A stretch of DNA of 64,000 bases from Daphnia carinata (lineage: Eukaryota): the NCBI RefSeq assembly GCF_022539665.2, contig NC_081333.1, positions 9,734,001 through 9,798,000 on the forward strand, given 5' to 3'. Every line of letters starts with the position of its first letter. Position 1 is the first letter of the stretch. The position numbers and the translations under genes were made by a program. The notes beneath the pieces were generated by a model that saw only the letters and a list, made by a program, of their open reading frames with translations, did no database searches and was not told the origin of the DNA. This document shows positions 23,901 to 36,457 of this stretch, one piece after another.

Positions 23901-26900
23901 GAACAAATGGTCTGATTGAAACAGAGGATACAACGAGAAATATTAGCCGTGCATCAGAATCTGAAGAGAATGCACAAATCAAGAGTCCGGAAAGGTCACA
24001 TCTTTCATCTTTGGAGGATTCTCCGTCTCCACGGCGCCCCACTCCGGAACCAGTCCCGCATGTTTCAACTCCTCCCAAAAGAGTGGATGGTAAGAAATTC
24101 TTCTACAATTTATTTTATTTATTTATTTATTTTTATTATTATTTTTTTACATTATCTAAAAGCACAAGATTCAGAAGAAGATGACTCCGAAGATGGGGAT
24201 GTACTGGACCTTGGACTTGACGATGAAGAAATTTTTGATTACGGCTACAATGAAGATGAGCAGTTACACGAACCGCCACCTTTAAAACTCCCTGCCAATA
24301 AAATTATCAATAAGTCGACCGGGATACTATGTAAAAAAGATGTTCAACCAACATCGCCGAACACTGCGACAACATCGAACAGAACGAACGTACCTGCAGT
24401 TGAAGTAAAACCTTCAGCAATTCTCACAAGCACTCCACCTACAACGTCGCACCCCCTACCTCCTCGAGGTAAACTAAGAAAATGGCCCCTTACTTTGGAT
24501 TTTAAAAACTCACGCTTTAGCATTTTTAGATGAGCAACCGAACAGCCGCGGATTATGTTACTCATTTATTCGCACAGGGAAGTGTGCAGTAAGCGATCAT
24601 GCAAAAAAAAAATGTGATTACAACCATTGTTTAGATTCCATTTTGGATCATATCCAATATTTGTGCAACAAAAAAGGAAATTTTATTCAAACGGCTTCCA
24701 GATTGGTTTTTGCAATGACAAATGTTGAATCACCTCTAAACAAATGTCTATTCGAACCTGTCGGATCGCAAATTGTCAACACCGTTATTCACGCCTTCTT
24801 GAAGGTAAGAGCCTCTTCAGTTGCATAAAACCTTTTGACTTCAATTTTCTGATTTTATGACAAAGGAAAATCGCCCAGAACAACTACCTTTTGCTTTGGA
24901 AATGCTGAACGACCCCAAACTGCCATTAGTTACAGAATTCATAGACCAAATCATCAAACAAATACAGATTTCTCCGCTGCCCATTGCGAAAAAACTATTA
25001 ACTCTGTACGACCGCTGTGAGTTCAACAACGTAAAGGTATTTTCTTTCATAATAAAAATTTTTTTTACCGTTCAATAAAAAAAAAAAATATTAATTTTGC
25101 CGGTTTTCCTCTCTATCCAGATTTCGCTCCATTCCTTCAATAAAATCATTGCGATGCTGGTGTATTACAAAATGAGAGGATGGGATTTTCTATGCAGAGT
25201 GGTTGAATTTGCAATGATGCATTACCCGCAATCTTACCATCCTACGAATGAAGTATTCTTGAAATATTTCTTAAATTACATCATTTTAAATTGCATGATT
25301 TGAATATCCCTCTAGGTGTTGGACTTCTTATTTTCTGCGGCACTCGACCAGGCAAAACTTGAACGAGTGTGTCATTTATTTAGGGATATTGGGTCACAGG
25401 CCCTTGTAACATTAGGACCACAACGACGTGACGAAGTGCTCAATAGGCTCAGAGATTTTGGCTTAGTGGACTGGTACGATAGATACAGTGGGATTGTACG
25501 CCGTCCGATAGGCAATGAAATGTAAAAATTACTTTGATTACGTCTTTTTATTACGAATGCTTACTGTAAATCGGGCAATCTATGACATTTTCGTTTTATC
25601 AATTATAGGCATTCACAGTTTGTTGCGCCACAATATGCGCCTAACGGATTGATCAACCAGTCTTCCCACGATCCTACGCTACCACTGCACAGGGCTCAGC
25701 CTTCGATGCCTCAAACGACTCCGTTTCAGCCTCCATCCAGGCCACTTTTACATACTGATCGGCCACAGATACCGAATTTGCCACCAACAGGGCATCATCG
25801 ACCTTCAAGTCTTGCCGTGCAACCGGCGGTCGTACATCGAGCTCCGCCTCCTAGCATACCACCTGTAGGGTTGTATCAGCAACAGCCTCGGCCAATTCGG
25901 GTAGGCCACCCTGTTGTCAACGCACCTCATCCATCAGCACCTGCTGCGTATGCTGTACGAAATCACCCGGAAACTTTACACAGGCCAACATCTAACTGGA
26001 CTGCTGCAACGCCATCGGGATCACACGTGCCTTCCATCCCCCTATCACCGACTCGTGCCGTTCCATTGCCTGAAACGTAATACCCCAATAACTTTATTAC
26101 TTCTTAACAAACTACTGGATTGTTTGATTTTCCGCTTGCAGAAAGCAAGCTCCACCGTTCATTCCATTAGAAGTGCCGAAACCATCCCAGTCGCTTGCTC
26201 TTAATCTGTTCGAACCGGAGTCGCCCGAAGTAGAGCCTGTTTTCACCGAAGATAGTGAGCCAGAAGAAGGGCCCAATGTCGTTGTTGAGCCTTCTTATGG
26301 AACAGAAGATGAACTGTTGGCAGAGTTCAAGAAAAGCAATTTCGATGCCGTCACTAGATTGTTTCTGCAGTACTATTCTGGAAGAAAGAGCTGCCAGATG
26401 CTCACAAATCTCGTGCGTATAATGAAAACAAATCCTTTATATTCGCCCGAAGAAAACCAAAAATTATCCCCGGGGGATATTTTCATCCACATTATAAGGC
26501 GTGCGTGCGAAAATGGTACTGGAAGTGGCAATTGTTTACATCATTCAGAGCTGATTTTTTGTTTTCGTTTTGACTCTATTAGCTTATTTTGGGTATTCAG
26601 GTGGTGCTACAACACTCGAACATCGACACCAACAAGCATTATCGGATCTCAGTTATTTCGTTCTCGTTCACTCTATGGAAATCTTCAATACCAGTGACGA
26701 AGATGAAAAAATAACTCAACGTGAAAATGTAAAACAATTTGTAAAGATGGTGCGCCTCTTTGAACTATCTTGTGAAGATTCCATAAACGATCCGGAACTA
26801 CTCCTTTTTCTCGCTGAGTGCTTTGTGCAAGTGGATTATACAAAAGAAGAAGAAGAAGATTTCTTTGAAGTTACCGCAGATGATATTTGGCGCTCCATAA

Positions 26901-27407
26901 ATTTTGCAATAGGTCAGTAGGATAAATCACTGTTCCTCTTTCCAATTCGCATAACATTAGACCTTTTCTTAAGATTTTCACAAAGTTGTTGCAAAAATGC
27001 CCGTCAACGGGTTCAGCCCTAATTTGGTCGCCAAAGATCTAGCGCTTTCGACGGCTATATTGCAAGTAATCCACAGCCTAAGAGAAATCGATGAATTTGA
27101 ACCCTTTGTGAACGGGATATTAGGGGCCATGAGTGATTACCAAGATGCATCTCTGAAAAATAAATCTCGTAAGTGTTTCTTGCTTTCTACAGTAATGGAG
27201 CGTATGCATGCGTTCGCCATTTGCGCTATGTATTAATTGTGGTTTTTTCTTATGTGCTAGGTTTTAAGGCAATACTTCCATGTGCATAGCCAATGCATCA
27301 AGTGCGAGCCATGGCTATCCTTAATACCAATTAATAAATACTCGGATAAGTTCCATTTGGTACTCTCTATCTTTCCGTTAATTTTTCAACTTTCGTGTTT
27401 GAAGTAA
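20974..27407 (+). CDS. Large multi-exon protein: N-terminal Cys-rich zinc fingers, long charged/disordered region, CCCH finger plus helical repeats (TOPAZ1-like); 3' end uncertain
   Basis: Long ORFs join in frame through phase-compatible GT-AG introns (e.g. 22212-22289). CCCH-type motif CYSFIRTGKCAVSDHAKKKCDYNH at ~24556-24627. The TOPAZ1 resemblance is from memory only. Confidence 0.75.
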
Positions 27408-27954
27408 TCTGCCAAACGTGGCTGGGAGCGTTCGCAACAAATCTACTTCTTTCACATGTCTTTATCACGATGCCACTACTTGTCACCATTCTCACGTGTC
27501 ATAAGTCAAAAGCGTATTTCGCCGGATCTGATTTCTTATAAATGACGTTCATTTTGTCAAGCCAAGATATAGTTCGTTTGTAAACACAGAATTATGCAAT
27601 ACATTTTTTCTTGTTTTCAATAACTTTTTTCATCGAATCTCTTTTACCCATTTAAGAAATAGGGGGAAAAGATCTGAAAGCAAACTACGAAAATGAACAA
27701 TTGGAAGTATTTTACCCGGAACTCCGAGAGCGATGAAGCCAGGAGGAAGTAACAAAACTAAAAAGTATGATTGGCCTCCAGAGGGCTACGGTCGGCAGTT
27801 TTATAGCAGCGGCTTTTCGTAGTACTGGCAACTGTTTCTGGAATAGTCTTCTGTACCTTTTCCTAACGTTCTCTCTCAGTTACATCACCACGTGTTTTGT
27901 CGGACAGTAAGCCGGGATCTCTGCGTATTCGAACGTTAAATTTTCATCGACAAA

Positions 27955-30506
<2,552 letters not shown>

Positions 30507-32065
30507 GGTTGTATGTTTACAAAATAATTGAACTTGCGTGTTACAATAAACAGTTAAACTTGTATGTCTTAAATGGCTACTGTTTGGCGGAATTTGTCTG
30601 TATCGCCCAACACGTTGATCATTTGGCATCAGGATAAGAGGGTCTTCACAAGTGCTCATTCTTTCGGTTAGGGCTTCGACCTGTCTACCCATTCGTTAAC
30701 TGTGACCAGCCTACTGGCGCGAAGCCGGAAAAACACATTTAACGTGTGTCATGCCAGTACATTTCGGTATCAAGCTGGTCACGAGTAACCCATGGGTAGA
30801 CCGAGGATGAACCTTACTTTCAGTGTTGTTTCCTTCGTTCCAATGGTGATTTGTTTGCTTATTTGTGGCCATCGTCGAGCACTTGTGTTTAATATCGTCT
30901 TTTCCAACATGTAACCAATGAGTCAACAAAGTATAGTCGTAACGACCTTCTATCATGCTGTAGTTCCAACCAAACGATAAATAGACCAAATTTTTATTTA
31001 AAATCGTGATTTTACTTTTGTTGTATGTAAGACGGTTGAATCTTTGCTTCTGGGTTTCAGTAAAGGAAGATGTTTGCACCAGAGATCTGCCGAATCAATT
31101 TTGTTTAAAATGATTTTTGAGTTTGATATGTTTTGAACAAAATTTATTCGAATCAACCTGAAAGATTGTCAAAAACGAAAGTCGTTCTGCCGTAGGACCT
31201 CAACGTTTACCTATTAGACGAAATTATTACACTATACCATATTTGCACCTTTATTAGATGACAACTTCTAATCGCCGCCGAGCACCCCTAATCGTCGTTT
31301 CTTCGGAACTACAAGCTCGTCTTCAAGGTCGTATTGAAGACATTAAAACATTAAAAGAAAATGGAGAAAATTGGCAGCCAAATACATCAGGGAGCATAGC
31401 TGCTTCGCATTGGTAACTTGAACAAGAAACATCTGAAAACTGCTTGGCATGCAAAAGCAAAGCCTCTCACCATCGTAGCAGACGCCAGTCATAACATGTA
31501 CTGTACGTTGCTCAACAGTTGACGATTGTCACAAGTGTCACTACGTTTGTGATGTCAAAAGTATTTATTTTCAAGATGATTTCACGTAAACAGGTATGGC
31601 GTCAATGTGGACAAAAGTTAGAAACGAAACTGAGGTTGTTCCGTCGTAGAAAGTATGTTTCTTCAGCCGTTTTCTGATATTTAAGTCAGTTGAGGGGCAA
31701 AGTGTCCTGTGTCCCAAAAAACATCAAATTCTTATTGCTCAAAAGTAGAATTTAAATTGTGTATTTTCCCATGTTCGATGGTTTTGATGCTGTGAATCGA
31801 TCGAAAATTTTTTTCACAACAAATACTTTGGAACGAGAAAATTGCCTCTTTCACCTGCTAGGATCATTTGTCTCTATTCTCAATTCACGTTGTTTACTAT
31901 GCATGGTGCTTATGATATCTATGCGTCCAAATCTAGCACTCCGTGTTAACATAGAAATAAATGTGTCCATCGTTTATGATATAACCAACAAATGTTAAAA
32001 TTAAACTAACTTCAGCTAACCGTATAAGACCCACTAATTCAAATAAATATACTGTGTTCTAAAAT

Positions 32066-32608
32066 TCAGGGAACAATGGCGATGATGCCACAAGCAAGAC
32101 GGGGTCCAGAACTGCCTGTCGTTTTGCTTTCTTCAGTGTCTTGGCGGCCGAGATCATCCTCATAGGCATGGACGACGATGGATCGTCCCACAATGGAATC
32201 AGGGCCGCGAAGCTTCAAAACATTGTCTAATATGTCAATGTTTGCAATACCATCATCGTTGGCGATTACGTTGCCCAAATCGCCAGCATGCCGATGATGG
32301 GGGCTGTCCTCCGGTGCACCATGAAGTGCATTGGTAGGATTGAAATGAGGCCCTGCAGAGTCACATCCCTTGGTGAAGATGTCTCCATACTGATGGACGT
32401 GAAAACCGTGTTTGCCTGGCGTCAATCCTGTGATTCGACCGAAAACCCTTACGCCACCTGTAGACGCCGATTCGGTGAAATTGACAACACCTGTAACAGA
32501 CGAATTTCCGAACATGTATGCTTGGGCGTTACGTTCTTTTGCCTGGCAGGATACAGTCAACACTGTCAAGAAAATTGTACAAGCAAAAAACTCCGTAACT
32601 ATTTTCAT
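32066..32608 (-). CDS. Sod3: Secreted Cu/Zn superoxide dismutase (SOD3-type), single coding exon
   Basis: Hydrophobic signal peptide. All metal ligands present (HGFHVH, GPHFNP, HGAP, RHAGDLGN, VVHAYEDD) plus the catalytic Arg in GPRLAC. Confidence 0.93.
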   Translation of the reverse strand: MKIVTEFFACTIFLTVLTVSCQAKERNAQAYMFGNSSVTGVVNFTESASTGGVRVFGRITGLTPGKHGFHVHQYGDIFTKGCDSAGPHFNPTNALHGAPEDSPHHRHAGDLGNVIANDDGIANIDILDNVLKLRGPDSIVGRSIVVHAYEDDLGRQDTEESKTTGSSGPRLACGIIAIVP

Positions 32609-33147
32609 TTTGTGGTTTTAATGTATTAGGTTCGTTTAAATTACAAGGGAGCGACCAACGAATTTGGCACTTGGGGAAGACAGTGGAGAAGACTGGCTGA
32701 AAAGTGCTTTTTTTCTCCTCTTATAAAGGCATCGATAGAGCGCAGGTAGTCGCAATTAAGCCCTCTAACCTCCAAAATCATCCTGTGGTTAGATATCCAC
32801 CAAGTTACTGGAATTTTCTGAAGGTTGCTTTATTTTCTTCTATCGCTCTGTTAACCTTGTAATTGGTTGGGACAATGTCCATTTCACTTGTTTTTCGCTG
32901 ACGATAGAATATTCTTTCTTCCCCAATCAACAAGATAAATAAAAACAAAACAAACCAAAAAAAACACACAGGAAAAATATGCCCCATCGTATAGAAAACT
33001 TTCCCCTGAACCGTTTTCCTTCGATTTTCTCTTGAAACGAAACTGAGTAATCGTGGACAATTATCTACCATCAGGAATCTTTTATGCTACCATTGGGAAT
33101 GTTCGTCCACGAGCATTGCTTATAACGGGTGGGCGACAGCACATAAG

Positions 33148-33768
33148 TCGACGGGCAGGGATAGCGGGTGCTTTGCAAAATAATAGACTAAATATCTTTT
33201 TTAAAAAACAACATTTAAATAGGATAACAACAAAGATTCGAACTCGTGACATCAGCATGGCAGTCGCAAACTATGCCACAGCGCCATAATTCACTCATTT
33301 ACTACATGTATAAGCTGCCTATTTGAATGAGCAAAATTTGCTGAAAGCAAAATTTATTTGGGGTGTGCGATCCTGGCACAATGGTTATCATCATCTTCTG
33401 TCCGTCCCGGGTTCAAATCCCGCCACCTCCAATTTCCAAGCCCTCCCTTCCCTCCATGCTCTACTCCCACCACCCTCTCCTCCCTCCCACCCCTCCATAT
33501 CATCATTCAAGATTCACAAGATTCTTCATCATCAGATTACGCAACATTCAGCATCTTCATTACAACGGATTCGCAAGATGCTTCGTCTCGTCGGATTACA
33601 CAAGATCCTACATCCTCATCATCTATACCAAAGGATAACTTCAAGAAAGAAGAAAAAAGGAGAGCCATGCCTACTATAAAGGGGCTAAAATGGCACTAAA
33701 AAAAGCGATCTGTAGTACCGTTCACTACATTGAGATACAAGATCGACCCACAAACTCAGGTAGAGAAG
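33148..33768 (+). repeat. Module T, copy 1: divergent pair of tRNA-like units, pyrimidine tract, CAAGAT-rich repeats, purine tract, CTACTATAAA..GGCTAAA.TGGCACTAAAAA
   Basis: Collinear with the reverse complement of ~42048-42750. Shared words include TCCTGGCACA.TGGTTA, CGATCTGTAGTAC.GTTCACTAC and CCACAAACT..AGGTAGAGAAG. Confidence 0.8.
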
Positions 33769-35950
33769 TATGGCAATTATGGCAATCCGTTTTATATGGC
33801 AATCCGTTTTACTATGGCAATCCGTTTTACACAAAAAAAAAAAAAAATTTCGCCAAAAAAAAAAAAAAAAAATCACACTTTTTTCTTTTTTTCCGACACG
33901 TAGCCATCTACCGCTCAGACTCGTTATTACTGGCGTAGGCAATTTCAGTCCATTGGATGCCATTCGCAGTTAGTTAAGTAGCGTGGATGGAGAGAATAAC
34001 GCGTGGCTGGAGGAACAATTGAAAAATGGATAAGATAATACAACAAAAGGATGGTAAGGGCTTATACGTAATGATTCTATTTATTTGCTTTTATTCATTT
34101 GTGTTTTGTAGCTCAAATTTTGAGTCTACAAGCTCAGCTAGGGGAAAAGAACAAATTGGAATGGAACAGTTTCCAAACAGTGAAGGAGGTTTTTCCAAAC
34201 TCATCCCTAACTGAACATGAGGATGAATTGGCATTAGGCGAACACAGTCAGGTACCTAAACTTTTCAAATAAGAATTCAAAATAAGTATAGAATTTTAAC
34301 AAACAATTATTTATTGCTTAGTTATTCAATCTACCACCTGACAGTGTGTTAAAGTTAAATTCTGTTAGTGCTGCACTAAAAGAATTGTTAGTAATAAGTC
34401 CATGCAGCGAAGGAATTGAACAATTGTGGGACCGTATTTGGGCTGAAAATGGGTGTGGTACGGAAACCCAGAAATAGCACGAGTTCAACATAAAACATGA
34501 ATTAGGTACTTTTCGGTTTTTTGTCTATCGAAACAGTATTTTTAATGCTATTATTTTGCATTCACAGAATTCTAGTGGGGGATCAAGTCAAGTCTAGAAG
34601 TGTTACAGGATGGAAGAGTGAGCCTACAGTTGAAAAACACTGAAAGTGCATTACCATTAAGGTATGAGGTAAAGTAATAGAGTATGCAAATTGTCTAATG
34701 AGAAGTACCATCTTGTGTGAATGAATCCTGTGTAACAGCAATCCTTTATAGTTCTGTTATAGCTAGAAGCCTCAAATAATTCTGCTTCTCTTGCTAAAGA
34801 ACAACTTGTCCTTTACACTCAGAGTGTTGGTGAAGCTGGGTACTTAAATGGCCCTAAAGATGTTTCATTTCTTTGGCATTGCAGCGGTGAACATCATACA
34901 TGGACTTTTTAGGTATGAAAGGAATTTTCTTGAAAAATTTTTGAATTTATGATGAAGCTTTTCTCTTCCTTTTTGCCAACCATGTCTAATCTACAAAAAA
35001 AAAATTTATCCAATAGGAAAGGATTTTCAGCATACTGGGAACACAACTATCAACAATGCAACATTCTAGGGGTGTTATTTTATCCTTCAAGAGCCTTATA
35101 CAATGATTTTCATCTACAATTTGTATGGCCTTTCCCGAGCTTCTGCCAGAAGTTGAATCTATGAGTCATGTAAGTCACATGAGCAACAATTGAGATGCTT
35201 AATGGTGTTGTTTTTCTTTTCTCAGTGTAGGTTAATAGTAACATTGGATCTGAAAAAATTCTTGGTTGGGGCATGACACTGAATAAATTGTAATGATTGG
35301 ATGGATGACATGATATTTCTATACTTCATTCGGATTCCCGAGACGGTATTTGATATTAAAAAAATTGAAGTGCATATCTGGGCTCCCTTCCTTTCCGTAG
35401 CCCCGTTTCCCCTTGACTCGTAATAAGCCCGTAGGGGGTCATGCCCCTACTGTACGGTATATATAAAAATAACATATACCGAGGTTTGGAGGGCTCTGGC
35501 CGGAAAGGGGACGTGGGGGTCCGCTTAGTCCGATGATGTGTTCACGGAGGGCGACGTGGCTATCCACAAATCCGAACTAAAGGTTAATCGCTCCAGTAAA
35601 AATGTTCCATATCTTCGGCTCTTCTTCCGGCTTCTCTTAGCCAATCACCGGGTAATCTCCCCGGTGGGTCAACAAGGCAGTGTCTCCCCCTGCCTGGGTT
35701 GACGGCAACTTTTGAAAGGGCTATTGTGCCTTTTTAAAGTTGCAAAAATAATTGTAATGTGCAGAGAATTGTCAATAAAATTTTTTTTATAAAATATTTT
35801 TTGCAAAATTCGTTTCTTTCATTGTCTGTATTCGCTGTGTTCACACGTTACACTTTTTATATTTAGCTTGCTTAATTCACCTTTATTGTTTTTGTCACCT
35901 TTGATGGTAAGCATTGTTTCCATTGGTTTATCGTTTATCTGTAAGTATTA
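33769..35950 (+). repeat. Repeat E, copy A (spliced-gene-bearing dispersed repeat)
   Basis: Starts with tandem TATGGCAATCCGTTTT units. Near-identical to the reverse complement of 36458-38750 and 39235-41624, and to 62882-64000 on the same strand. Confidence 0.92.
34026..34477 (+). CDS. Spliced 107-aa ORF of unknown function inside repeat E copy A (exons 34026-34053, 34112-34251, 34322-34477); may be the intact 5' part of a pseudogene
   Basis: AAAA-ATG start, canonical phase-compatible GT-AG introns, and a coiled-coil-like start MDKIIQQKDAQILSLQAQLGEKNKLE. Further exon-like segments downstream of the TAG contain stops. Confidence 0.4.
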
Positions 35951-36030
35951 TATATTACACTCTTTGAATTCTTCAACTTAGATTTAAGTAACAATCTGGA
36001 TATTTTATGAAGTAATTTTGTATTATGTTT

Positions 36031-36453
36031 TACTCGTATGGGAACCGATCCCCAGACATTCAGCGTGCAACGCCGATGCTCTAACATTGAGCCACGAGAT
36101 ATATCTAAATATTTTATTATCGCATATCATATGTTATCGTCTAGGATGTTTATGCAGTCTTTCACAACTATATGTTTATCTTTCTATTGCTTCCATAAGG
36201 TTCTTAGCTCTGTGGTAGAGCTTTTATCTGCGATACCTGTTACCCTGGGTTCAAACCTCAGTAGATGTGTAAAAATGAAGTAGAATAATGTAGAAGAGTA
36301 TATTGCAGAATTGCATTTCAGTTTTATTCTAAGTGTAAATGCAAGTCCACAAGTGACTAGAAAAAAAAGCCAACTTAAAATCATATGATTCGTGGCTCAT
36401 TGGTAGATCATCGGCGAGGTATGCCGAACATCTAGGGTTCGATCCCTGGATAA
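36031..36453. other. Cassette of three degenerate tRNA-like units (36031-36100 minus, 36199-36268 plus, 36386-36453 plus)
   Basis: D arms GCTC-AATGTTA-GAGC and GCTC-TGTGGTA-GAGC. Anticodon arm TCGGC-GTTGCAC-GCTGA. T arms/B boxes CTGGG-TTCAAAC-CTCAG and AGGG-TTCGATC-CCT. Acceptor stems pair poorly. Confidence 0.7.
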
Positions 36454-36457
36454 TTAT

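Noticed and set aside
27835..27851. Heat-shock element upstream of HSPA9 (TTCtgGAA...TTC)
   Set aside because: Only two correctly phased nGAAn units; too weak.
33769..33830. CRISPR-like or telomeric array at the TATGGCAATCCGTTTT repeats
   Set aside because: Eukaryotic context, no unique spacers, and only a few units marking a repeat terminus.
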